Positions 8,527-17,659 of a DNA stretch of 19,770 bases are shown piece by piece. Both the position numbers and the translations under genes were made by a program. This DNA is from a bacterium (GTDB lineage: Bacteria; DUMJ01): NCBI GenBank assembly GCA_049970495.1, contig JBMFMV010000034.1:1-19770 (forward strand), read 5' to 3'. The notes below the pieces were generated by a model that saw nothing but the letters and a program-made list of their open reading frames with translations, ran no database searches and was not told the DNA's origin. Numbering within the stretch: the first letter of the stretch is position 1; each line of letters begins with the position of its first letter.

Positions 8527-9921
8527 TTATAGCTCCCTTAACTTTGGATTGACTATCCTATCTAGGACGAATCCTAATAGAGAAAAAGATATAGCAGTAA
8601 GTATTAAGAGGAATGATGGTATTAGAACCCAATAGAAATATCCTTTATACAGAGCTCCGTTAGAAAAAGCATCCTCTATAACTCTTCCCCATGTAGGTTG
8701 AGTAGGGTCTAAAACACCAAATAGGGATAGTACAGCCTCAAGGAATACATACACAGGAACGGATGCTACCAACCCTGGAACTACTGGAGGAAGTATCTTT
8801 GGAATTATATACAGGAATATTATCCTCCAACTACTTGACCCATATGCCTGTGCAGATTCGATATATGGTAAAGTCTTTACCTGTAAGACTAACGCTCTAG
8901 TAGTCTTTATACCAAAACCAAAGACACTTAAAAGAATAACTACAACAAGCAAACTCCAGAGGTTTAATTTATAAAATAGAGATATCATTATCATGATAGG
9001 GAGGAAGGGTAAAACCATATAAATTTCAGTAAATCTCTGGATAAGAGAATCTGTCAAACCACCAAACCATCCACTTATGGTCGCTATAATTAACTGTATA
9101 ATAGTAATGCTTAAGGATGCACCTAAGCCAAATGACAGATCTAGGGGGGCACCCCATAACAGAGCGATATGGATAGGTCTTCTCAGATGGTCTGTCCCTG
9201 CTATACCATAGACAGAACCATAAAACACCACATCAGCTGTAAGAGAATCCTCTTTATTTTCTAATTCTGCTTCTAGTATCAGAGAGTAATCTCCTTTAAG
9301 GACTTCTAGTCTACTAGAATACTTCATAAACAATGCCCTAGTAGTGGTTATAGAAAAGTCGATAGGCTCACTTACCTTCGACCTCACATGAGTATCTAAT
9401 TTATTCTCAAGAGAAAAGTCATTACTTAAATAGAGAGTATCATCTTGAGACCTTAAAGTATGCTCTTTAAGTAGTATCTTATCTCCATCTGGTCGAACTA
9501 GGTATATTCTTACTATTGGAGAGCTTCTTTTATAGTTAGCCTTGAAGAATATGTTAAACTCTGTAGGAAAATCATCATAATTATAGACAAAATCTTTTCT
9601 TACTTCTCCCCTAAAGATACCTCCCTCCTGAATGAGATCACTACCATTAATATCTATATTTAACTCTATGTTTCTCGGCTTTTTCTTCTTTGTAAATATA
9701 CTCCACCATACTGGCTCAGCATTCCTTGGATTTTTAAGAAAGGCAGTACTACTATTCCAAAGAGCTATCGTCTCATTATACGGCAACGATATTACTGTAT
9801 ATATAATAAGAACTCCAAAGAATGCTAGTATAACAAGTGCAGATACCCCCGCTTTATAGCTTAAGACTTCTTTTAAAATGCCCTTAAAGCTATATTCAGA
9901 TATGATCTCTTGTCCTTTCAT
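8527..9921 (-). CDS. Opp/Dpp ABC permease (OppC-like) with a large extracytoplasmic insertion
   Basis: N-terminal TM helix, a ~190-aa hydrophilic domain, then GTDHLRR, multiple TM helices, EAA loop (YIESAQAYGSS), PTWG and LDRIVNPKLR. Confidence 0.88.
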   Translation of the reverse strand: MKGQEIISEYSFKGILKEVLSYKAGVSALVILAFFGVLIIYTVISLPYNETIALWNSSTAFLKNPRNAEPVWWSIFTKKKKPRNIELNIDINGSDLIQEGGIFRGEVRKDFVYNYDDFPTEFNIFFKANYKRSSPIVRIYLVRPDGDKILLKEHTLRSQDDTLYLSNDFSLENKLDTHVRSKVSEPIDFSITTTRALFMKYSSRLEVLKGDYSLILEAELENKEDSLTADVVFYGSVYGIAGTDHLRRPIHIALLWGAPLDLSFGLGASLSITIIQLIIATISGWFGGLTDSLIQRFTEIYMVLPFLPIMIMISLFYKLNLWSLLVVVILLSVFGFGIKTTRALVLQVKTLPYIESAQAYGSSSWRIIFLYIIPKILPPVVPGLVASVPVYVFLEAVLSLFGVLDPTQPTWGRVIEDAFSNGALYKGYFYWVLIPSFLLILTAISFSLLGFVLDRIVNPKLREL

Positions 9922-9925
9922 CCTT

Positions 9926-10969
9926 TTACCCCTGTATCCGCATTCTAGGATCTACTATTGCATATATAATGTCTAAAGCAAGAACAGTTATAGCTAAAAG
10001 ATAAGCGTAGACAACTGTCACCCCAACTATTACTGGAGCGTCAAAATAACTAATAGCCTGAGATATTACCTGTCCCAGACCTGGCCAGTTAAAGACCGCC
10101 TCAGTAACTATAGCTCCTGTCCAAGAAGAGATAACGCTTAATGCAAATCCTGTAATTACCGGGGGAAGAGCAGGCTTTAAAAGATATCTATTCTCTATCT
10201 GTCTGGGTGTAAGTCCTTTGGCTTTAGCAACTTCTACATAGTCTTCGGTAGAGTAGATAAGGAAAAATGTCCTCTCTTGATATATACCTAAGAATAGACT
10301 GGCTATAATCCAAGAAGCCAAAGGCAGTATCATATGCTTCAACACACTTAAAAAGTAGGGGATGGTTCCGGAAGGAGGAGGATAATCGACCAATCCTCCT
10401 GCTGGAAGTATATGTAGCCATGAATAAAAGATCATTATCAGGAATATACCATAAAACCATCCAGGAATAACAGATGTAGGTGAGAGGGCTATAACTAGTT
10501 TATCCCAGAATGAACCATATTTCCTAGATAATCTTAGCCCTAAGAAGAGATGCAAGAAAAAGTTAACTACAGTTGCCGTTGTAAAAAGTATGATAGTGAC
10601 AGGAAGTCTCTCTAAGATTATATTCCTTACTAGTGCAGAACCTCCATCACTTGTCATGTACATAGCCCTTCCAAGATTTAGGGTAATTGCATCTTTAAGA
10701 TGATACATACTCCTAATAGGAAAAGGCATATCTAAACCACGTCTTTTCATCTCATGTTTAAATCTACTCTCTATAAGTTCTTTCTGTTGCTCCTCAGACA
10801 GGTTCCTAAATGATGGGTCATCTTTAAATCGCATAGCTATATTAAACCTAAGCTCTGTCTCTACTATCTTATCTACATAGCCACCGGCATTAGCTATTAC
10901 TATAGTTAGATATACAGCTACTACTACAGTCAAAAATAGTGATAATCCGCGCTTTAATATGTATTTCAA
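9926..10969 (-). CDS. Opp/Dpp ABC permease (OppB-like)
   Basis: KYILKR start, GLDMP, LNLGRA, ILERLPVT, EAA loop (EDYVEVAKAKGL), EAVFNWPGLG, DIIYAIVDPRMR. The start codon is uncertain (TTG 10969 or ATT 10981). Confidence 0.9.
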   Translation of the reverse strand: MKYILKRGLSLFLTVVVAVYLTIVIANAGGYVDKIVETELRFNIAMRFKDDPSFRNLSEEQQKELIESRFKHEMKRRGLDMPFPIRSMYHLKDAITLNLGRAMYMTSDGGSALVRNIILERLPVTIILFTTATVVNFFLHLFLGLRLSRKYGSFWDKLVIALSPTSVIPGWFYGIFLIMIFYSWLHILPAGGLVDYPPPSGTIPYFLSVLKHMILPLASWIIASLFLGIYQERTFFLIYSTEDYVEVAKAKGLTPRQIENRYLLKPALPPVITGFALSVISSWTGAIVTEAVFNWPGLGQVISQAISYFDAPVIVGVTVVYAYLLAITVLALDIIYAIVDPRMRIQG

Positions 10970-11022
10970 TAAACTCTTAATTGATAATCATCCTCCTTCC
11001 TTTTTGAATCTTATTATACAAT

Positions 11023-11053
11023 CAAAAACCCAGAGGGACAAGACCCTCTGGGT
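11023..11053 (-). terminator. Intrinsic terminator or attenuating hairpin between the SBP and the first permease
   Basis: The - strand reads ACCCAGAGGG-tcttgt-CCCTCTGGGT followed by TTTT, giving a 10-bp stem with a T-run. Confidence 0.75.
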
Positions 11054-11084
11054 CATATCAAAAAGTGAATGAAAACCTTATCTG

Positions 11085-13187
11085 TTACTTTAGAAACTTG
11101 GAGTTCTTAAGTAATGCGGTATGGGCAACTACATCTACCTTCTCTAAATAGTATGGCCCATTACTTACCCAGAAATGTCCATACTTCTCGTAGAACTTCT
11201 TAAGAGAAGAGAACCTTTCTTTGGCTACCGATGGATCTACATACTTTCCAACAAAATTCTTAAATGGTATGTATCCTTCCTTTTCGCTCCTCTCTACTAC
11301 ATCTTTAAGAATAGATAAGCTTGGTCCACCAATGTAGTTCATCCACTCTACCTTTTTCTCCTTTGCTTTATCAGCGCTAAACGCAAGTTTACCCTCTTCT
11401 TCTGCCCTTATCCCAATAGCATATAAATGCCAAGGATAATAGCCAGAAACAGCAAATGCAATAGCGGTAAGTTCAGCATCAAGTTCAGAGTAATTGATAT
11501 AGTATTCGATAACTAGGGGATTTGTCTTTACTATCTTCCAAGCTACAAACTGGTCCCTCCAAGAATTAAATGTATCAACATAGGATTCATCATAAAGTTT
11601 ACTATCTTTACTTGCTCTTTCAAACCCAATAATCCAATCTACTATGAAGTCTGCGGTGCTCATAACTGAACCATCATGATACTTATCCTTACCAATAATA
11701 TCATCATAGTTTACTACTACCTTTACCTTAGCCTCTTTTACTCCCGCTTCTCCTGCAGTAATTACGTTTTGCTTCTTTACATCCCAACCGTACCAAGCAT
11801 CAGCAGGAACAGTAACCTTATCAACCTTAGTAAGCTTTAGCCATGTAGTCTCAGGATTCTTAAATGTTGGGACATCTTTCTGCGCTGTAACTTCTGCACT
11901 CTTTATCTTGAATAGGATTGGTAATCCTGTCTGTGGATGCCATATGTATGCTCTACCTAATGTTGCCTCTATTAACATATTATCGTAGATCCAGTTAGAT
12001 CCAGCTACTGGGTTCCAAGGGTCTATAATAACTTCTGTACTTCCGACTCTGATTCTCCCACCAGTCTTATCAGTAAACTTTAGTGTATAGGGCCACATTC
12101 TCGCCGAGTATCCTCCAGCATAGTCTGCCGTTGCATCAACTCCTTTACGCCTTACCCAAGCAGAGTTCTGGTCTACTAGCCATACTCTTACCGAATCTTT
12201 CATAGCAAGGTACAATGCCTTAGTCATAAGGAGATTTCTTTCCTTCATACTCGAGAAATTCTTATTGGCCAGTTTATTCCCTAAATCTCTAAATTCTTTC
12301 GTCGGCGTATAAGCTTTCCAGAGCGGAGAGAAGGACATAGTTGAATCAGGCAGATAGAAGAATTGGAAGTTGTCAGCAGTATCTCTAGCAACTACTGTGG
12401 TAATCCAACCACCTGTATAAATATCCCATTGACCTTCTGCAGGGTCTCCTCTCATCCATATAGGAGATGCCTCTCTTGACGTCTTATACATTCTTTCTAC
12501 TGTAAATCCTAACTTTTCTAACTGACCGGAGACATAATCTCCTATAGCCTTCCTTCTATCTTCGGTCCTGATAATAAACTTTACTGTGACCGGCTTTCCT
12601 TTATAGTACCACTTACCACCCTTTAACTCTGCTCCCATCTTCTTGAGCTCATCAGATATAATCTTTTGTCCTCTAGCAAAGCTATACTTATAGGTAGTTT
12701 CTATTGTAGAGATTGTAGTCTTGTACCTTTCATATTCTGGAAAACCTTTAGATAGAGGGACAAATTTAGGGGTAGCAAGTCCACCCATTATCTCATCTAC
12801 AATGTATTGTCTGTCTATTATTAGGTTCATTGCCTCTCTTATCTTAGCATTACTAAATGGATTAAGCCTACCATCTTTGTACTCTGGACCCACCGGGTTA
12901 AATGTTAGTTCGTTATAGAGGCCAAAAGACATAGAATAAGCAAGTTGAGGATTTTCCTTAACCCTTCTAAATAGAACTGGATCGTCAATGTCCTTGAAGA
13001 AGACATCCATATCCCCCTTGGTCATCATATCGATGGCTTTAGCTAAATCCTTCTCTGGGAAAAAGACCACCTCATCTAACCAACCATCTTTATTTACATT
13101 GACCGTCTGGGCATTGGTAAAAAGTGGTGTAAAGACAAGAACTGCCATTACCAAAAGCCCAACTACCCTTTTCCACGCTCTATTCAT
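11085..13187 (-). CDS. Family-5 ABC solute-binding protein with apparently circularly permuted domain order (700 aa)
   Basis: ATG 13187 is preceded by SD GGAGGTGG (13200..13193). It has a Sec signal peptide (…TNA/Q) and motifs LDEVVF, NPFSNAKIREAMNLIIDR, LEKLGF, DPWNP, YHDG…TADF, SNGPYYL. It heads the permease/ATPase operon. Confidence 0.9.
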   Translation of the reverse strand: MNRAWKRVVGLLVMAVLVFTPLFTNAQTVNVNKDGWLDEVVFFPEKDLAKAIDMMTKGDMDVFFKDIDDPVLFRRVKENPQLAYSMSFGLYNELTFNPVGPEYKDGRLNPFSNAKIREAMNLIIDRQYIVDEIMGGLATPKFVPLSKGFPEYERYKTTISTIETTYKYSFARGQKIISDELKKMGAELKGGKWYYKGKPVTVKFIIRTEDRRKAIGDYVSGQLEKLGFTVERMYKTSREASPIWMRGDPAEGQWDIYTGGWITTVVARDTADNFQFFYLPDSTMSFSPLWKAYTPTKEFRDLGNKLANKNFSSMKERNLLMTKALYLAMKDSVRVWLVDQNSAWVRRKGVDATADYAGGYSARMWPYTLKFTDKTGGRIRVGSTEVIIDPWNPVAGSNWIYDNMLIEATLGRAYIWHPQTGLPILFKIKSAEVTAQKDVPTFKNPETTWLKLTKVDKVTVPADAWYGWDVKKQNVITAGEAGVKEAKVKVVVNYDDIIGKDKYHDGSVMSTADFIVDWIIGFERASKDSKLYDESYVDTFNSWRDQFVAWKIVKTNPLVIEYYINYSELDAELTAIAFAVSGYYPWHLYAIGIRAEEEGKLAFSADKAKEKKVEWMNYIGGPSLSILKDVVERSEKEGYIPFKNFVGKYVDPSVAKERFSSLKKFYEKYGHFWVSNGPYYLEKVDVVAHTALLKNSKFLK

Positions 13188-13226
13188 CTGTTCCACCTCC
13201 ATATTTTTTAGTTTTAAGATACTAAT

Positions 13227-13256
13227 AATATACTAAATTTGACATTCCTCTGTCAA
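13227..13256 (-). promoter_or_regulatory. Promoter of the - strand ABC operon overlapped by a TTGACA-N6-TGTCAA palindrome
   Basis: The - strand has TTGACA (13256..13251), an 18-bp spacer and TATATT (13232..13227). A perfect 6-6-6 inverted repeat spans 13239..13256. Confidence 0.55.
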
Positions 13257-13286
13257 TGTAGATAGGACTCTTCTATAAGAGACTAC

Positions 13287-14204
13287 CTAGGGTAATTTAT
13301 TCCCTGCAGAACGGTATAACTCATACCACTCTTCTCTTGAGAGATTAATTTCTGAAGCCCTACATATATCTTTTAATCTAGAAGGATTTGTAGTGCCAAT
13401 TATCGGTTGTATCTTTGCCGGATGCCTCAGTATCCATGCTATAGGGATAGCAATACTTGGAACACCTTTCTTATTGGCAATCTCCTCTATCTTATCGTTA
13501 AGTTCTCTAAACTTACTACTTCCCATAAAAGTTCCTTCAAAGAATCCGTATTGGAAAGGAGACCAAGCTTGTATTGTTATATTCTTTAATCTACAGTATT
13601 CTAAAACACTACCATCTCTATTTATAGCCTGATCGACCTTCATATTCACGTTAAATCCAAAGTCGATCATACCAGTATGGGCAATACTGAGCTGTAATTG
13701 ATTTACAATAATTCGCTGATTTATATACTTACTTAGTAATTCGATCTGCATTGGATGGAAATTACTCACGCCAAAATTCCTTACCTTTCCAGTAGTATGA
13801 AGTATTGAAAATGCATCTGCAACTTCCTCTGGCTCCATCAAGGTATCAGGACGATGTAAGAGTAGAATGTCTATATAATCAGTTTTAAGCCTTCTTAGGC
13901 TTCCATCTACAGACTCTAAGATATGCTCTTTAGAAAAGTCATAATATCCTCTCCTAATACCACACTTTGTTTGAATAATAATCTTTTCTCTAACATCTGG
14001 GTTCATCCCTATAGCCTCAGCAAATACCTCTTCAGATTTACCCCCACCATATATATCAGCATGGTCGAAAAAGTTTATCCCCTCTTCTAAGGCTGTATTT
14101 ATAAGTTCTTGTACCTCTTTTATTGGTTTATTAGCTATTCTCATACAGCCTAACGCAATCTCTGAAGCATTTAATTTTTCTCCGCCAATATCAATGTATT
14201 TCAC
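13287..14204 (-). CDS. Aldo/keto reductase (YdhF/YcsN-like), ~305 aa
   Basis: IALGCMR and the catalytic tetrad motifs FDHADIYG, QTKCG and LLHRPD, plus GKVRNFGVSN, NQLQLS, AWSP, AWILRHP. The likely start is GTG 14204 (SD GAAGGGGTG at 14220..14212), not 14252. Confidence 0.92.
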   Translation of the reverse strand: MKYIDIGGEKLNASEIALGCMRIANKPIKEVQELINTALEEGINFFDHADIYGGGKSEEVFAEAIGMNPDVREKIIIQTKCGIRRGYYDFSKEHILESVDGSLRRLKTDYIDILLLHRPDTLMEPEEVADAFSILHTTGKVRNFGVSNFHPMQIELLSKYINQRIIVNQLQLSIAHTGMIDFGFNVNMKVDQAINRDGSVLEYCRLKNITIQAWSPFQYGFFEGTFMGSSKFRELNDKIEEIANKKGVPSIAIPIAWILRHPAKIQPIIGTTNPSRLKDICRASEINLSREEWYELYRSAGNKLP

Positions 14205-14445
14205 TATAAGACACCCCTTCCTGATCTTTAATAAAATATAGTTGTAAAACACTTAACATGCAGGCCCCTAGAGGACATATTCAAAAATGCCCTATAAAAC
14301 TCTTTCTTATAAGTAGAGATTAAGCTGTAGATCTCTAAATCTCTCTTAGTTGTTATTAGTTTCCAAGATATTGAAACATTATCTGATACAGAAATCTTAT
14401 ATGATTCTCTAGTTCACATAATTCTTCCTAGGTGATCAGTAATAG

Positions 14446-15462
14446 TTAGGAAATGCTATCTTCTTCCATTGTGATATCTCCGTCAGACACCTCCATTTTA
14501 CCTTTAGATTTTCTCTTTGCCTCATAGAGAGAAACATCTGCAGTGGCAAGTATCTTATCTAAAGAATTACCATTTTTAGGGAAGACAGATAGACCGAATG
14601 ATATATCTATACCTTTTATACTTTTCTTCAATCTATCCCTTATTCTATCACACAAAAATTTTACATCATTTAATTCTCCCGGAAGAACTATAACAAATTC
14701 GTCTCCCCCATATCTAAAGCTTAGGTCTGTAGACCTGATAGACTCCTTTAATAAACTTGCAAATCTTTTAAGAGCTATATCTCCTGCCTGATGTCCATAG
14801 GTATCGTTGTACCTTTTAAATCCGTCAAGATCGCACATCATCAATGTAAAGGGAGTCCTTGTCGAAATCATAGTATCAATATACTTTTCAAGTGCTCTCC
14901 TATTATAAAGTCCTGTAAGAGGATCTAAGTGTGCCATCTCTTCCATATTTACAGCATAGATTAATAATGAACCATGGGATTTCATTATTATTCTTGAAAG
15001 AAAATACATAAGGACTATTATACTGTTTATGTAGGCTATACCAAAGAAATCTCTACAGATAGCAGAGTATATTTCTATGACTACCAAAAAGAACGTATTT
15101 ACAACTGCTATCCTCAGCGCCCATATTGGCTCTCTTTCTATACCGTGAGTTATAACAGGAATCAGAAAGAGAAGTATAAATGGGCTTCTCTGAATTCCAG
15201 TGTTAATAACGGTAGATATGTTTATTAGTAGGGAGAGTATAAATGGTATCCATGGGGAATTAAAAGAGGCATATCTTATTACTTGCGATAGGACAAAAAA
15301 TATTCCAAAAATAATAGGAATAAAGAAATATTTACTATCTCTTGCCAGTATTATATAGGCAATACCAAAAAATAAAGAGGTAACCACACGCATCCTAGAT
15401 ACATCTAGCTTTATCTCTCTATATAAGTCTGTATCCTTTTTATCCCGGAAGAAATTATCCAT
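14446..15462 (-). CDS. Membrane-anchored diguanylate cyclase (multi-TM N-terminus + GGDEF)
   Basis: About 5-6 hydrophobic segments in aa 25-160. Then DPLTGLYNRR, CDLDGFKRYNDTYGHQAGD, an RSTD I-site, RYGGDEF, ISFG and ADVSLYEAK. Confidence 0.9.
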   Translation of the reverse strand: MDNFFRDKKDTDLYREIKLDVSRMRVVTSLFFGIAYIILARDSKYFFIPIIFGIFFVLSQVIRYASFNSPWIPFILSLLINISTVINTGIQRSPFILLFLIPVITHGIEREPIWALRIAVVNTFFLVVIEIYSAICRDFFGIAYINSIIVLMYFLSRIIMKSHGSLLIYAVNMEEMAHLDPLTGLYNRRALEKYIDTMISTRTPFTLMMCDLDGFKRYNDTYGHQAGDIALKRFASLLKESIRSTDLSFRYGGDEFVIVLPGELNDVKFLCDRIRDRLKKSIKGIDISFGLSVFPKNGNSLDKILATADVSLYEAKRKSKGKMEVSDGDITMEEDSIS

Positions 15463-15591
15463 AGATAGGTCTCTCTATTCGCTATAATACAATTTTACCA
15501 CATATTTAAAGTAACTTTTATGATAAAGTATAACCTTGTATTCTCTATAATTTGAATATATAATTTTCTAAAAACAGTAAGGAGGAGAAAG

Positions 15592-16746
15592 ATGACACAC
15601 AGAGAAAGATTACTTAGGTGTCTTAGAGGAGAATCTGTAGACAGAGTTCCCGATTTTGAGTTTGGAGCATGGGAGCAGACTATAGAAAGATGGCATAATG
15701 AAGGATTACCTAAAGAATATGTGGGAACTGATGCAGCGATAGACTATTACTTCCATACAGATAATACTGAATATGGACCAATGCCCTATGTCCGTACTGG
15801 TTTATTACCAGGTTTTGAATATAAGGTTCTTGAAGAGAAAGAAACCCATCTTATAGTTCAAGACGGAGACGGTGCTATTGCAGAGGTGATGAAGCCAGAA
15901 TATGGAGCTTCAATTCCGAAATACCTGAGATTTGCTATAGAGACCAGAAAAGACTGGGAAAAGATTAGGGATGAAAGGTTAAATCCTGATGATCCCAAGA
16001 GAATTCCAGAGAACATAGATGAATTATGCAAACTTACATTTGATGCTGATTATCCAATCTTTATCAATTGTGGTTCTCTGTACGGTTGGTTACGAAATTG
16101 GATGGGTGTAGAGAATCTATCTATAGCCCTCTATGACGACCCAGAATGGGTTGAAGAGATGATGGAGCATCTCACTATGCTTATGCTCAAAGTGTATGAG
16201 AAGATAGCTGGAAAATGCAAGATAGATATGGGGCTCTGGTGGGAGGATATGTGCTATAGACAGGGTCCTCTTATATCACCAGCTATGTTTAAAAAGCTTA
16301 TGGTCCCCCGTTATAAGAGGGTCACTGAGTTTTTAAGAAGGGAGTGTGGATGCGAATTCCATATGTTAGACTGTGACGGAAATATACATCAACTTGTAGG
16401 CTTATGGTTAGAGGGAGGAATAAATGTCATGTTTCCTCTTGAGGCAGCACATACAGATGCATATAGGATAAGGGATGAATTTGGTAAGAAGGTAGCCTTG
16501 AGAGGTTATTTCGATAAAAGGGCACTTATAGCAGGGAAAGAGGCTATAGATAAAGAATTTGAAAGATTAACACCTCTTCTCAAAGATGGTGGATTTATAC
16601 CTCATACGGACCATAGAGTCCCTCCTGATGTGTCTTGGGAGGACTATAGATACTATAGAATGAAAAAGTGCGAGCTTATAGGTAAAGAATACAGAGAGGG
16701 TAATCAAGAACCTCCTAAAAGGACACAACTTACTTTTCTAGGATAA
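15592..16746 (+). CDS. Uroporphyrinogen decarboxylase / MtaA-CmuA superfamily protein of unknown function (not canonical HemE)
   Basis: SD AAGGAGG at 15579..15585. MTHRERLLRCLRGESVDRVP start, WMGVENLSIALYDDPEWV, WEDMCYRQGPLISP..F, DCDGN, GGFIPHTDHRVPPDV. It lacks the HemE RQAGR motif. Confidence 0.8.
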   Translation: MTHRERLLRCLRGESVDRVPDFEFGAWEQTIERWHNEGLPKEYVGTDAAIDYYFHTDNTEYGPMPYVRTGLLPGFEYKVLEEKETHLIVQDGDGAIAEVMKPEYGASIPKYLRFAIETRKDWEKIRDERLNPDDPKRIPENIDELCKLTFDADYPIFINCGSLYGWLRNWMGVENLSIALYDDPEWVEEMMEHLTMLMLKVYEKIAGKCKIDMGLWWEDMCYRQGPLISPAMFKKLMVPRYKRVTEFLRRECGCEFHMLDCDGNIHQLVGLWLEGGINVMFPLEAAHTDAYRIRDEFGKKVALRGYFDKRALIAGKEAIDKEFERLTPLLKDGGFIPHTDHRVPPDVSWEDYRYYRMKKCELIGKEYREGNQEPPKRTQLTFLG

Positions 16747-16748
16747 GA

Positions 16749-16776
16749 AATAGGGGCAGAAGTTTCTGCCCCTATT
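16749..16776. terminator. Probable bidirectional terminator between convergent genes
   Basis: AATAGGGGCAGA-agtt-TCTGCCCCTATT: a perfect 12-bp stem with A/T-rich flanks. Confidence 0.8.
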
Positions 16777-16792
16777 AAAATTGCCAGACTTA

Positions 16793-17539
16793 CTATTTAC
16801 CCATCCTCCTCAGATTCTCTATACAACGCCTAACCGATTCAAGCGGAGGACGCCCAGGTGTCTCATACTCTACTATGTACCATTCGGTACCCCCTATAGT
16901 TTCACATAGATTAAATATCTCTTCCCACTTTACCTCGCCTTCTCCTATTGCTGGAGCACTGAATGGGTATTCTTTTAGATGTACAGTAGTGGCACGTTCA
17001 GGATACCTCTTAAGTATCTCTATTGGATCTGCTGATCCATGCATAGCATTACCTATATCTAACTGCATAATTACATCCTTACTAACATTTTGAAAGAGTA
17101 TATCCCAAGGTATCTCTCCATCTATAGGTCTAAACTCTATGTCATGGTTGTGATACCCTACTCTCATACCATATGGCTTTACCTTTTCAGATATCTCACT
17201 TAATAACTCTGCAGCTTTAAGCCAACCTTCCTTTGTTTTTGTATATTCTTGAGGCAAAGCAGGGACTATAAGAAACTTATTACCTAAGATAGAGTTAAAC
17301 TCTACAGTCTTTTTAAGTTCATCACCAAGTAATGTATTAATCCCAAGGTGAGAACCGGCTACCTTTAGTTTAAAATCATCAAGTATCCTTTTAATCTCCT
17401 TTGCATCTAGGTTATAGTATCCGGCAAATTCAACCCCCTCATACCCCATCTCTGAGACTGCCTTGATCGTTCCAATAAAATCTTTTGCGCACTCCTCCCT
17501 CACTGAATATAACTGTAAGGCTATCGGTATCCTTGCCAT
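16793..17539 (-). CDS. Sugar phosphate isomerase/epimerase (IolE / xylose-isomerase-like TIM barrel)
   Basis: IALQLYSVR, GYEGVEFAG, and metal-ligand motifs YHNHDIEF, QLDIGN, HLKE and IVEYE. SD GGAGGG lies upstream of ATG 17539. Confidence 0.88.
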   Translation of the reverse strand: MARIPIALQLYSVREECAKDFIGTIKAVSEMGYEGVEFAGYYNLDAKEIKRILDDFKLKVAGSHLGINTLLGDELKKTVEFNSILGNKFLIVPALPQEYTKTKEGWLKAAELLSEISEKVKPYGMRVGYHNHDIEFRPIDGEIPWDILFQNVSKDVIMQLDIGNAMHGSADPIEILKRYPERATTVHLKEYPFSAPAIGEGEVKWEEIFNLCETIGGTEWYIVEYETPGRPPLESVRRCIENLRRMGK

Positions 17540-17650
17540 AAATTCCCTCCTTTTTTTCTTCTATTCTATCACATGATAAAATAGATAGTCTCATAGATCT
17601 TATCGCTGTAAGAGGCAGGGGACGATTTTAATGAATTGAGAAGACTCTTA

Positions 17651-17659
17651 TGATATAAT
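17651..17659 (+). promoter_or_regulatory. Possible extended -10 promoter for the ABC-2 exporter
   Basis: TGATATAAT (TGn-TATAAT) about 100 bp upstream of ATG 17763. No good -35 is visible. Confidence 0.4.

Noticed and set aside
14253..14445. AT-rich intergenic region with AGAGAT/ATCTCT inverted and repeated words
   Set aside because: The matches are short, imperfect and low-complexity. No ORF, terminator or IS end can be supported.
15514..15529. ACTTT-N6-AAAGT dyad in the divergent promoter region
   Set aside because: Short arms in very AT-rich DNA, not distinguishable from background.
17598..17625. TCTTATC…AAGAGGCAGGGGAC, resembling the 5' end of a SAM-I riboswitch
   Set aside because: The resemblance is superficial. 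The downstream conserved elements (GCAACC, GTGC, closing GATAAG/GATGAG of P1) are absent, and it lies upstream of the predicted -10.
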